From: Longivirga aurantiaca
Lineage (GTDB): Bacteria; Actinomycetota; Actinomycetes; S36-B12; CAIYMF01
Length of the DNA: 32,000 nucleotides
Direction: 5' to 3'
Assembly (NCBI RefSeq): GCF_042660085.1
Contig: NZ_JBHSTI010000008.1
Span: 2,055,604 to 2,087,603, forward strand
In this document: positions 8,228-16,330 of the stretch, piece after piece
Layout: each line of letters opens with the position of its first letter
Numbering within the stretch: position 1 is the first letter of the stretch
Made by a program: the position numbers and the translations under genes
Notes under the pieces: generated by a model
Seen by the model: only the letters and a program-made list of their open reading frames with translations
Databases searched by the model: none
Told to the model about the DNA's origin: nothing

Positions 8228-9199
8228 GTGACCCCCCACGACGCAGAGCCGATCTGGACCGACCTCGCCACGCTGCGCTGCACGCTGGCGCCCGACCCCG
8301 TGCCCACGGACGGTGGCGGCAGCACCCGGATCCTGGTGGTCCGCCTCGACAACCCGGCGGGCGACCTCGTCGACACCGCGGTCTTCGCCGAGCTCGACGT
8401 GCTCGGACGCCGCCTCGCCACGTCCACGGCCATCGGCGGTGTCGTCATCACCGGTCGGGAGCCCGGGATCTTCGCGCCGCACTTCCGGCTCGGCGAGATC
8501 GCCGAGGGGGCCGAGGCGCTGGGCCGCCCGGTGCCGTACGGCCTCGCGCGCCTGGCGTTCACCGGCGTCGCGGCGCTCAGCCGCAGCCGGCGCGTGCGCG
8601 ACGCCCTCCTGGCCTCGCCCGCCGCCGGGATCGCCGAGCTCGCCCGCACGCACGCGGCGCTCGACCGGCTCGGCACCCTCCCCCAGGTGGTCGTCGCGGC
8701 CATCGACGGCGACGCGCTCGCCGGCGGCTGCGAGCTCGCCCTCGCCTGCGACCTGCGCGTGATGGCCCGAGGCGAGGGCCGCATCGGTCTCGTCGAGATC
8801 ACCGCCGCGATCCCCCCGGGGGCCGGCGGCACCCAGCGCCTCGCCCGCGCTGTCGGCCACGCGCAGGCCCGCTCGATGATGCTGCGCGCAACCACCTACG
8901 ACGCGGACGAGGCCAGGGCCGCGGGCCTGGTCGACGAGGTGACGGCGCCGGACGACGTCCTTGCCACCGCGATCGCCGTGGCGACCGAGGTCGCCCGGCG
9001 CAGCCCGGATGCCGTCGCCGCGGTGAAGCGGTCGCTCGCGGGCGGCCGGGCGTGGCGGTCCGGCGTCGCGGACGAGGCCGCATCCTTCGTGAGCACGGCG
9101 TCGCGCACCCGCGCCATCGCGAGGCTCAAGGACTTCGCCGCGCTGTCCGACCAGCGGGGCACGCGCACCCCGTGGCGCAACCGCACCTGGATCTCCTGA
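8228..9199 (+). CDS. enoyl-CoA hydratase/isomerase (crotonase) family protein
   Basis: Crotonase core VVAAIDGDALAGGCELALACDLRVMA and GGTQRLARAVG. GTG start. Confidence 0.85.
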   Translation: MTPHDAEPIWTDLATLRCTLAPDPVPTDGGGSTRILVVRLDNPAGDLVDTAVFAELDVLGRRLATSTAIGGVVITGREPGIFAPHFRLGEIAEGAEALGRPVPYGLARLAFTGVAALSRSRRVRDALLASPAAGIAELARTHAALDRLGTLPQVVVAAIDGDALAGGCELALACDLRVMARGEGRIGLVEITAAIPPGAGGTQRLARAVGHAQARSMMLRATTYDADEARAAGLVDEVTAPDDVLATAIAVATEVARRSPDAVAAVKRSLAGGRAWRSGVADEAASFVSTASRTRAIARLKDFAALSDQRGTRTPWRNRTWIS

Positions 9200-9204
9200 C
9201 CCTG

Positions 9205-10734
9205 TCAGCGCAGGGACATCGCGCGTTCGGCCAGAGCTGTGATCGTCAGCGACGGGTTCACGCCGATGTTGGCGGGCACGGCGCTGCCGTCGAGCACGCG
9301 CAGGTCCTCGTGCACGTCGCCGTCGGCCGTCGCGAACACGCGGTGGTGCGGGTCGATCACGCCGTCGGCAGGCGAGCTCGCGATCACGGCGCCCCCGAGG
9401 ATGTGCGCCGTCGCCCCGATGCCCAGCACCGGATCGAGCAGCGTGCCGTACGCCGTTCCCCCGCTCGCGGCGGCCACCGCGCGGGCCGACGCGTTCGCCT
9501 GCGGGAGGTACGTCGGGATCGGTGCCGCGCCGGGCGCCAGCCGGGACCTCAGCCCCCAGCCGAGCGGGCCGCGGCGGAGCTCGAGCGCGATCTCGTTGTC
9601 GTCGTGCTGCATCACGGTCAGCACCGTGACGCGCCGGTTCCAGTCGCGGGCACGGAGGTTGGCCGTCGCGGCGCGCGGGTCCCGGATCATCGCGGTCAGG
9701 ATCCCGCGCGCGCGGGCGCCGCGGCTCTCGGCGTCGACGAGCGGCGCGAGGTACCAGCGCATGAAGCCGTACGACGCCGGGAAGCGGTTGTTCGTGACGT
9801 GCGTCGAGGCGTCGGGGTGGAAGTCGCTGCTGATCGTCGCGCCGTCGGTGCTGACGTCCGTGGAGCCGTCGGGCTGCAGCACCGCCGTGAACGCCTCGGA
9901 GTTGGTGCGCACGTGCCGCCCGAGCGCCGGCGAAGCCCACGGCAGCGAGAGCCACCGGTCGCGCGAGGCGAGCAGCAGCTCGGTCGTGCCGAGCACCCCC
10001 GCGGCCAGCACCACCTCGCGCGCGTCGAGCGTGCGCACCGGCGAGCGACGGTCGAGCGGGTCCACCACGTCGAGCCGCCAGCCCCCGCCCCGCAGGCGCT
10101 CGAGACGGCGCACCCTCGACCTCGGTGTGACGGTCGCGCCGAGCGCCTCCGCCTGCGCGAGATAGGTGCGGTCCACGCTGTTCTTCGCGCCGTGCACGCA
10201 CCCGGTGAGGCACGCCCCGCACCGGACGCAGTCGGCGAACGAGATGCCCTGCGGAGTCGGCGCGTACGTCGACCCCGCGCCGAGCGAGTTCGCGGCGGTG
10301 GACAACCAGCGGTCCTGGGCGCCGACGTACGGATTGGTCTCGACGCCGAGCATCGACGCCGCGGTCGCGTAGTGCCGGTCGAGCTCGGAGGCCCAGTCGA
10401 GGCCGGTGGCGGTCCAGCCCGCGGCCTCCCAGGCGTGCGGCGTGGGACGCAGCAGGACCGCGGCGTACACGACCGACCCGCCGCCCACCCCCACGCCGTG
10501 CACCACGACGACGTGCCGCAGGAGCGTCTGGCGGAAGTACCCCGAGAGCCCTGCCTCGGGCGCCCAGAGCAGCGCGCGCGTGCTGCGCGCACCCGCCTCG
10601 AGGTCGTCGCGGGTGAGCCTGCGGCCCTGCTCGAGCACCGCCACCGAGCGACCCGCCTGGGCATGGCGCAGCGCCGCGACGCCACCGCCGAAGCCGGACC
10701 CGACCACGGCGACGTCCACGTCGAAGCTGCTCAC
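9205..10734 (-). CDS. GMC-family FAD oxidoreductase (cholesterol-oxidase-like)
   Basis: N-terminal Rossmann motif DVAVVGSGFGGGVAA and a C-terminal GMC signature (HILGGAVI ... LRVLDGSAVPANIGVNPSLTITALAER). GTG start at 10734. Confidence 0.85.
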   Translation of the reverse strand: MSSFDVDVAVVGSGFGGGVAALRHAQAGRSVAVLEQGRRLTRDDLEAGARSTRALLWAPEAGLSGYFRQTLLRHVVVVHGVGVGGGSVVYAAVLLRPTPHAWEAAGWTATGLDWASELDRHYATAASMLGVETNPYVGAQDRWLSTAANSLGAGSTYAPTPQGISFADCVRCGACLTGCVHGAKNSVDRTYLAQAEALGATVTPRSRVRRLERLRGGGWRLDVVDPLDRRSPVRTLDAREVVLAAGVLGTTELLLASRDRWLSLPWASPALGRHVRTNSEAFTAVLQPDGSTDVSTDGATISSDFHPDASTHVTNNRFPASYGFMRWYLAPLVDAESRGARARGILTAMIRDPRAATANLRARDWNRRVTVLTVMQHDDNEIALELRRGPLGWGLRSRLAPGAAPIPTYLPQANASARAVAAASGGTAYGTLLDPVLGIGATAHILGGAVIASSPADGVIDPHHRVFATADGDVHEDLRVLDGSAVPANIGVNPSLTITALAERAMSLR

Positions 10735-10738
10735 ACCG

Positions 10739-11185
10739 TCATCCTGGCGGCACGTCCACCACGGGCGGGTCGATGTGCACGAGATCGACCTCGGGCGTCA
10801 ACTGCACCACGACCCATACGCGCTTCTTGCCGACGAGACGCAAGGGCCACCGGGCCGGCCACATGAGCGAGAAGTGCCGTCCGTACTTCGCGCGGTGCGC
10901 GCGCACGCCGTCCCTGAACTCGCTGCGGTCGAGCACCTCCGCCCGGCCGGCGACGTACGACGCATCGGGCAGCAGCCGGCCGTAGCCGTCGCAGGCGGCG
11001 ACAGCCACGAGCGGCTCGCGGCGGGCCCGCGCCACCTTGTACGAGTCGCCGAACGTCGAGACGAACAGCCGCGAGCCGTCTCCGCTCACCCACACGGGCG
11101 TGTGCGCCGGCGACCCGTCCGCACGGAAGGTCACGAGGTCGACGAACCGCTCGTCGCCGAGCGTGCGCGCGAGATCGTCGGCCAT
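10739..11185 (-). CDS. PPOX-class (pyridoxamine 5'-phosphate oxidase-like, possibly F420-dependent) protein
   Basis: ORF 10739..12853 trimmed to the ATG at 11185 (MADDLARTLGDERFVDLVTFRADGSPAHTPVWVSGDGSRLFVSTFGDSYKVARARREP...). This is a typical split-barrel PPOX pattern. It ends 4 nt before the GMC start. Confidence 0.7.
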   Translation of the reverse strand: MADDLARTLGDERFVDLVTFRADGSPAHTPVWVSGDGSRLFVSTFGDSYKVARARREPLVAVAACDGYGRLLPDASYVAGRAEVLDRSEFRDGVRAHRAKYGRHFSLMWPARWPLRLVGKKRVWVVVQLTPEVDLVHIDPPVVDVPPG

Positions 11186-11290
11186 GGCACGACTGTGCCA
11201 TGGCCGCCCGGGATTCCGATGAAACCGTGACGCCGCGGCAGAACCGCGAGCCGAGACGCCGACTGGCGTGCACTCCCCTACGCTCACCGC

Positions 11291-12406
11291 ATGAGCGACG
11301 ACGCGACCATCCCCGCCGCCGACGATGCAGCCGTGCAGGCCGCCGGCCCGCGGCCCGCGCTCGACAAGAAGAAGTCGATCATCTTCGGCCTCATCGGCCT
11401 CGCGGTCCTCGTGATCATCTTCGTCAAGGTGATCCCGCAGATCGGCAGCTACTCCGACGCGGTCGAGTCCCTGAAGCGCATGAACGTGAGCGACATCGTC
11501 CTCATCGCGCTCATGGTGCTCATCTACCTCGCGTTCTACCCGCTGCCGTTCATGGCCGCGACCCCCGGCCTGCCCTACGGCCGCGCCTTCCAGATCAACC
11601 AGGGCGCGTTCGCGATCAGCAACGGCATCCCCGCCGGAGGCGCCTTCGGGCTCGGCGTGCAGTACGCGATGCTCGCGTCCTGGCGGGTGCCGCCCACGGT
11701 CGCGACGGCGGCGATCGGAGCGGTCGGCGTGTGGAGCGTCTTCGTCACGCTCGGCCTGCCCGTGTTCGGCGTGTTCGCCCTGTGGGCCTCCGGACTCGTC
11801 GACGTGAGCTCGTACGTGAAGTACGCACTGATCGGGCTCGGCGTCCTCACCGCGATGATCGTCGTCTTCGCGCTCATCATGCGCAGCGAGGCGCTCGCCG
11901 TGAAGATCGGCGAGCTCGGCAACAAGCTGGTCAACCCGGTCCTCACGAGGTTCAAGCGCGACGCCATCGACCTCGTCGGCTCGGTGCTCAGCTTCCGCAA
12001 CGACACGGTGGACCTCGTCAAGAAGCGCTGGCACGTGATCACGGGCGCGCAGCTCGGCGTCTCGATCACCCAGGGCCTGATCCTGCTGGCCGCGCTCTGG
12101 GGCGTGCAGGGCGACGGCAACCACACGCCCGCCCTCGCCGTGCTCGGGGCCTACGCCGTGGCCCAGATCGGCATCATGATCCCGCTGACGCCCGGCGGTC
12201 TCGGCACGGTCGACGCCCTGATGCTCGGCATCCTGACCGCCGCCGGCGTCAGCACCGGCGACGCCACCGCCGCCACTCTCGTGTGGCGGGCGGCAAGCTT
12301 CGTGCCCCAGATCATCGTCGGGATCCTCAGCCTCGTGGTCTGGAGCCGCACGGCCGCCAAGGCGCTCGCCGCAGCCACGGACAGCACGGAGTCGCAGCCG
12401 GCCTGA
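11291..12406 (+). CDS. UPF0104 / lysyl-phosphatidylglycerol-synthase-TM-like ('flippase-like') integral membrane protein
   Basis: Polar N-terminus ending in KKK, then about 8 hydrophobic segments. Overall layout resembles the LPG_synthase_TM family. Confidence 0.7.
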   Translation: MSDDATIPAADDAAVQAAGPRPALDKKKSIIFGLIGLAVLVIIFVKVIPQIGSYSDAVESLKRMNVSDIVLIALMVLIYLAFYPLPFMAATPGLPYGRAFQINQGAFAISNGIPAGGAFGLGVQYAMLASWRVPPTVATAAIGAVGVWSVFVTLGLPVFGVFALWASGLVDVSSYVKYALIGLGVLTAMIVVFALIMRSEALAVKIGELGNKLVNPVLTRFKRDAIDLVGSVLSFRNDTVDLVKKRWHVITGAQLGVSITQGLILLAALWGVQGDGNHTPALAVLGAYAVAQIGIMIPLTPGGLGTVDALMLGILTAAGVSTGDATAATLVWRAASFVPQIIVGILSLVVWSRTAAKALAAATDSTESQPA

Positions 12407-12427
12407 CCCGGGGCTACGGTCCTCCGC

Positions 12428-13156
12428 ATGACCTCGGCGACGACTGACCGGACCGCACCTCCCCGCACCGCCCGCGCTCAGCGGTGGTTCCTCGCCAACG
12501 CCGCCACGGCGTGGGTCGGCCTCGCGATCCAGCTGACCATCAGCGCCACCGGCATGTACCCGAGCACGGCGACGAAGGCGAGCCAGTACGGCTACGGCAA
12601 CGCCCCCGGCATCGAGGGGCTCGTCGGCCGGCTCGTGGACCTCTTCTCGTACTTCACCATCTGGAGCAACATCACGGTCGCCGTGGTGATGACGCTGCTG
12701 GCCCTCGACGCCCGACGCGACTCCCCGGTCCTGCGCGCGGTCCGGCTCTCGGGCCTGCTGATGATCTCGATCACCGGGCTCGTGTACGGCGTGATCCTCT
12801 CGGGCGTCTCCACCCTGCGCGGGTGGGAGGTGCTCGCGAACCTCTTCATCCACCAGCTCGTGCCGCTGCTCACCCTGGTGGTGTTCGTCGTCGCCGGACC
12901 GCGCGGCTGGATCGACCTTCGCGTGCTGCTCGGCTCGTTCGTGCTCCCTATCGTGTGGCTGGTCTACGTGCTCGTCCGCGGAGCCGTGATCGGGGCCTAC
13001 CCCTACTTCTTCATGGACGTCGTCACGCTCGGGTACGGCACGGTGCTCCTCAACCTCGGAGGCGTGCTGCTCCTCGGGCTCGTCATCGCCCTCGTGCTCT
13101 GGGCCCTCGACCGCTGGCTCGCCCGACGCGCGGGCACCGGATCACCGACCAGGTAG
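12428..13156 (+). CDS. Pr6Pr-family-like (FAR-17a/AIG1-like) integral membrane protein
   Basis: Six predicted TM segments. The FSYFTIWSNI motif after the first extracytoplasmic loop is what I recall for Pr6Pr proteins. Confidence 0.5.
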   Translation: MTSATTDRTAPPRTARAQRWFLANAATAWVGLAIQLTISATGMYPSTATKASQYGYGNAPGIEGLVGRLVDLFSYFTIWSNITVAVVMTLLALDARRDSPVLRAVRLSGLLMISITGLVYGVILSGVSTLRGWEVLANLFIHQLVPLLTLVVFVVAGPRGWIDLRVLLGSFVLPIVWLVYVLVRGAVIGAYPYFFMDVVTLGYGTVLLNLGGVLLLGLVIALVLWALDRWLARRAGTGSPTR

Positions 13157-13360
13157 CCCTGGACCCGGTCGACCGCAAGCGCGCCGAGCCGCTCGAAGAC
13201 CAGCGAGGTCTCGACCCCTTCGGCCGTCACGGCCGGGACCGAGCTGGTGCCCGAGCGAGACGGCGTTCTCGACGATGATCGCGTCGTCGAGGTTGTGCAT
13301 CGGGTCGGCCGAGACGGGCTCGCGGTCGATCGTCACCGTGGTGAACCGGTACCAGAGCAC
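13138..13360 (-). pseudogene. remnant of an EAL-domain (c-di-GMP phosphodiesterase) gene: C-terminal about 75 codons, frameshifted, N-terminus missing
   Basis: Two minus-strand frames read TIDREPVSADPMHNLDDAIIVENAVSLGHQLG and then, after a 1-nt shift near 13240, VTAEGVETSLVFERLGALAVDRVQGYLVGDPVP. Joined, they match the conserved EAL C-terminus (KIDRSFV...DD.AIV..I..LAH.LG..V.AEGVET...L..LG.D..QGY.F..P). The upstream translation is not EAL-like, and the fragment overlaps the 3' end of the Pr6Pr-like gene. Confidence 0.55.
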
Positions 13361-13454
13361 TGGGTGCGCGCCTCGGTGACCGACACCGCGAGCGGCACCG
13401 TGGTGGTGCGCTCCCCTGTGGTGGCGGCCGCTGCCTGCACCTCGCTCCAGCGGC

Positions 13455-14609
13455 TCACGCGTTCGCTAGCGCGAGGTCGAGCGTCTCGGCGACGAGCGCG
13501 AACACCCGCTCGCGCTCGACGAGGAAGCCGTCGTGCCCGTACGGCGACGGGATCACCCGCAGACCGCCCACGGCGCTCGGAACGCCGTCGGCGACGAACG
13601 CCTGCGTGTGCAGCGGGTAGAGCCGGTCGCTGTCGATGCCCGCCACCACCAGCGGGACACCGACGCGCGCCAGCGCCGCCTCGGCGCCCCCGCGGCCGCG
13701 TCCGACGTCCCAGGTGTTCATCGCGTCGGTCAGCGCCACGTAGGTGCCCGCGTCGAAGCGGTGGACCAGCTTGGTCGCCTGGTGGTCGAGGTACGACTGC
13801 ACGGCGTACCGCCCGCCCGCGAGCGGGTCCTCACCGTCCTGCGGCGCGCTCGCGAACCGGGTCTGCAGCTCGAGCTCGCTGCGGTACGTCAGGTGCGCGA
13901 TCCTGCGGGCGATGCCGAGGCCCGCCGACGGGCCGTCCCCCGGGACGGCGTCGTGGTAGTCGCCGCCGCGCCAGCGCGGGTCCGAGGTGATCGCCAGGAT
14001 CTGCGCGGTCTGCGTCCCGATCTGGTCCGCGGTGGCGACCGCGCCGGAGGCCAGGAAGAGGGCGGACGCGATCCGGTCGCCGTGCCCGACCGCCCACTCC
14101 AGCGCGCGCATCCCGCCCATCGAGCCGCCGATCACCGACGCCCAGCGGGTGATCCCGAGGACGTCGGAGAGCGCCGCCTCGACGCGCACCTGGTCGCGCA
14201 CGGTGATCCGCGGGAAGCGGGAGCCGTACGGGCGGCCGTCGGGGGCGAGCGACGCGGGGCCCGTGCTGCCCTGGCACCCGCCGAGGATGTTCGGTGCGAC
14301 GACGAACCAGCGGTCCGTGTCGAGCGGCGCGCCGGGGCCGACGAGACCGTCCCACCAGCCGGGCGTGGGGTGCCCCGGCCCGGCCGCTCCCGCGACGTGC
14401 GAGTCGCCGGTGAGCGCGTGCAGGACGAGCACGGCGTTGGACCCGTCGGCGTCGAGCTCGCCCCAGGTCTCGTAGGCGACCGTCACCGACGGCAGGCTGC
14501 CGCCCAGCTCGAGGTCGACCCCGCCCAGGTGCGCGAAGAGGCGGTCGCCCACGTGCTCACCCTCCCGCCAGGCACCGCTGGCGGGAGGGAGGGCCGGGGC
14601 GTCGCTCAT
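13455..14609 (-). CDS. metX: homoserine O-acetyltransferase
   Basis: ORF 13455..15512 trimmed to the ATG at 14609. MetX hallmarks are present: [43 protein letters not shown] and GGSMGGM. Confidence 0.9.
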   Translation of the reverse strand: MSDAPALPPASGAWREGEHVGDRLFAHLGGVDLELGGSLPSVTVAYETWGELDADGSNAVLVLHALTGDSHVAGAAGPGHPTPGWWDGLVGPGAPLDTDRWFVVAPNILGGCQGSTGPASLAPDGRPYGSRFPRITVRDQVRVEAALSDVLGITRWASVIGGSMGGMRALEWAVGHGDRIASALFLASGAVATADQIGTQTAQILAITSDPRWRGGDYHDAVPGDGPSAGLGIARRIAHLTYRSELELQTRFASAPQDGEDPLAGGRYAVQSYLDHQATKLVHRFDAGTYVALTDAMNTWDVGRGRGGAEAALARVGVPLVVAGIDSDRLYPLHTQAFVADGVPSAVGGLRVIPSPYGHDGFLVERERVFALVAETLDLALANA

Positions 14610-14614
14610 TCCGG

Positions 14615-15931
14615 TCAGGCGCCCTTCGCGGCGCGGAACCCGGCATCGAGGTCGGCCAGGATGTCCTCGATGTTCTCGAGGCCGACCGACAGCCGCACGA
14701 GGCCCGGGGTCACGCCGGTGGTGGCCTGCTCCTCGGCCGTGAGCTGCGAGTGGGTCGTGGACGCCGGGTGGATCACGAGCGAGCGCACGTCGCCGATGTT
14801 GGCCACGTGGCTGTGCAGCTCGAGGCCCTCGACGAAGCGCTTGCCCGCCTCGACACCGCCCTCGATCTCGAAGGCGAGGACGCCGCCGGTCCCCTTCGGC
14901 GCGTACTTCTGGCCGCGCTCGTGCCACGGCGAGCTGGGCAGCCCGGCGTAGTTCACCGCGAGCACCTCGTCGCGCGCCTCGAGCCACTCGGCCACGCGCT
15001 GGGCGTTCTGCACGTGCCGCTCCACGCGGAGCGACAGCGTCTCGATGCCCTGGGCGATGAGGAAGGCGTTGAACGGCGAGACCGCCGAGCCGAGGTCGCG
15101 CAGCAGCTGCACCCGCGCCTTGAGGATGAACGCGAGGTTCGCGCCGAGCGCCGACCCCACGCCGAGGTCCCGCGCGTACACGAGGCCGTGGTAGCTCGGG
15201 TCGGGCTGGTTGTAGTTCGGGTAGCGCTCCGGGTCGGCGGCGAAGTCGAAGCGGCCGCTGTCGACGATGACGCCCGCGATCGACGACCCGTGCCCGCCGA
15301 GGTACTTCGTGGCCGAGTGCACGACGATGTCGGCGCCCCACTCGAACGGACGGATGAGGTAGGGCGTGGCGACCGTGTTGTCGACGATCAGCGGCACGCC
15401 GACCTCGTGCGCGACCGTGGCCACGCCCTCGATGTCGAGGATGTCGTTCTTGGGGTTGGAGATGGTCTCGCCGAAGAACGCCTTGGTGTTCGGTCGCGCC
15501 GCGGACCTCCACTGCTCGAGGTCGTCGGGGTCCTCGACGAACGAGACCTCGATGCCGAGCTTCGGGAAGGTGTAGTGCAGGAGGTTGTACGTGCCGCCGT
15601 AGAGCGACGGGCTGGCCACGATGTGGTCGCCGGCCTCGGCGACGTTGAGCAGGGCGATCGTCTCGGCCGCCTGACCGCTCGACACGAGGAGGGCCGCGAG
15701 GCCGCCCTCGAGCGCGGCGACGCGATCCTCGACCGCCGCCTGGGTCGGGTTCATGATGCGGGTGTAGATGTTGCCGAACTCCTTGAGCCCGAACAGGTTG
15801 GCCGCGTGCTCGGTGGAGTCGAACGTGAACGACGTGGTCTGGTAGATCGGGAGGGCGCGGGCGTTCGTCTGGCTGTCGGGCGTCTGGCCCGCGTGGATCT
15901 GCTTGGTCTCGAAGCTCCAGTCGGCGCTCAT
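14615..15931 (-). CDS. metY: O-acetylhomoserine aminocarboxypropyltransferase / sulfhydrylase (PLP-dependent)
   Basis: ORF 14615..16246 trimmed to the ATG at 15931 ([19 protein letters not shown]...PIYQTTSF...YTRIMNPT...[10 protein letters not shown]). Its stop lies 5 nt upstream of the metX start. Confidence 0.9.
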   Translation of the reverse strand: MSADWSFETKQIHAGQTPDSQTNARALPIYQTTSFTFDSTEHAANLFGLKEFGNIYTRIMNPTQAAVEDRVAALEGGLAALLVSSGQAAETIALLNVAEAGDHIVASPSLYGGTYNLLHYTFPKLGIEVSFVEDPDDLEQWRSAARPNTKAFFGETISNPKNDILDIEGVATVAHEVGVPLIVDNTVATPYLIRPFEWGADIVVHSATKYLGGHGSSIAGVIVDSGRFDFAADPERYPNYNQPDPSYHGLVYARDLGVGSALGANLAFILKARVQLLRDLGSAVSPFNAFLIAQGIETLSLRVERHVQNAQRVAEWLEARDEVLAVNYAGLPSSPWHERGQKYAPKGTGGVLAFEIEGGVEAGKRFVEGLELHSHVANIGDVRSLVIHPASTTHSQLTAEEQATTGVTPGLVRLSVGLENIEDILADLDAGFRAAKGA

Positions 15932-16330
15932 GGCGTGAGATCTCTCTTCTGTGCGTCCCGTGTCGGGGGGGTGGGTGAGGGTCGTGCGCCGCGTCAGGCG
16001 GCTGAGTGCGGGGGCGGCCACGAGGGCCGGGACGCGCGCCCGGGGAGGGCGGTGGGTGCGACCGCGGGACGACGAAGGCCGGAGAGTCTCTCTCCGGCCT
16101 CGGGCGCGAGTCTGTCGGGTCCCGCTAGGGACGGTCGCACGGCCGCATGCCGGGCATTCGACACATCTGCGACGACACGCGACCGAGGTCCACGTGACGG
16201 CGTGAGGTGAGGGCCGGGCGGCGATGCATGGACAGGACCGTAGCAACGGGCACGGAGGTGCGACAACGCGGGGTCGCGGAACACCCCTTGTTGCAAGGAC
16301 TTTGCAGGACTCGGCGGAGCCCCGGCAGGC
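15932..16330 (-). promoter_or_regulatory. long untranslated leader/promoter region of metY-metX (possible riboswitch or attenuator; class not established)
   Basis: 399 nt without a credible ORF, between the stop of the upstream gene (16331) and the metY ATG. It contains a perfect hairpin at 16076-16100. Confidence 0.3.
16076..16100 (-). terminator. strong hairpin: either the terminator of the upstream glycan operon or an attenuator in the metY leader
   Basis: AGGCCGGAGAG-tct-CTCTCCGGCCT is a perfect 11-bp stem with a 3-nt loop. On the minus strand it is followed by TCGTCGTC. It lies 231 nt below the upstream stop and 145 nt above the metY ATG. Confidence 0.5.

Noticed and set aside
7369-10866. 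1165-aa plus-strand ORF, and the overlapping 848-aa minus-strand ORF 7676..10222
   Set aside because: The translations are Arg/Pro/Gly/Ala-rich low complexity. They run across four genes with clear family motifs in other frames (DinB, crotonase, GMC oxidoreductase, PPOX). These are typical stop-codon-poor shadow frames of high-GC DNA.
13003-13230. 75-aa and 72-aa minus-strand ORFs (13003..13230 and 13142..13360) as independent small genes
   Set aside because: Together they reconstruct a frameshifted EAL-domain C-terminus. The first also runs antisense through the Pr6Pr-like gene. I interpret them as one pseudogene remnant.
15932-16330. A firm call of a SAM-IV (or S-box) riboswitch upstream of metY
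   Set aside because: The context fits, but I could not align the conserved core and junction sequences that I remember. I kept it only as an unclassified leader, pending a covariance-model search.
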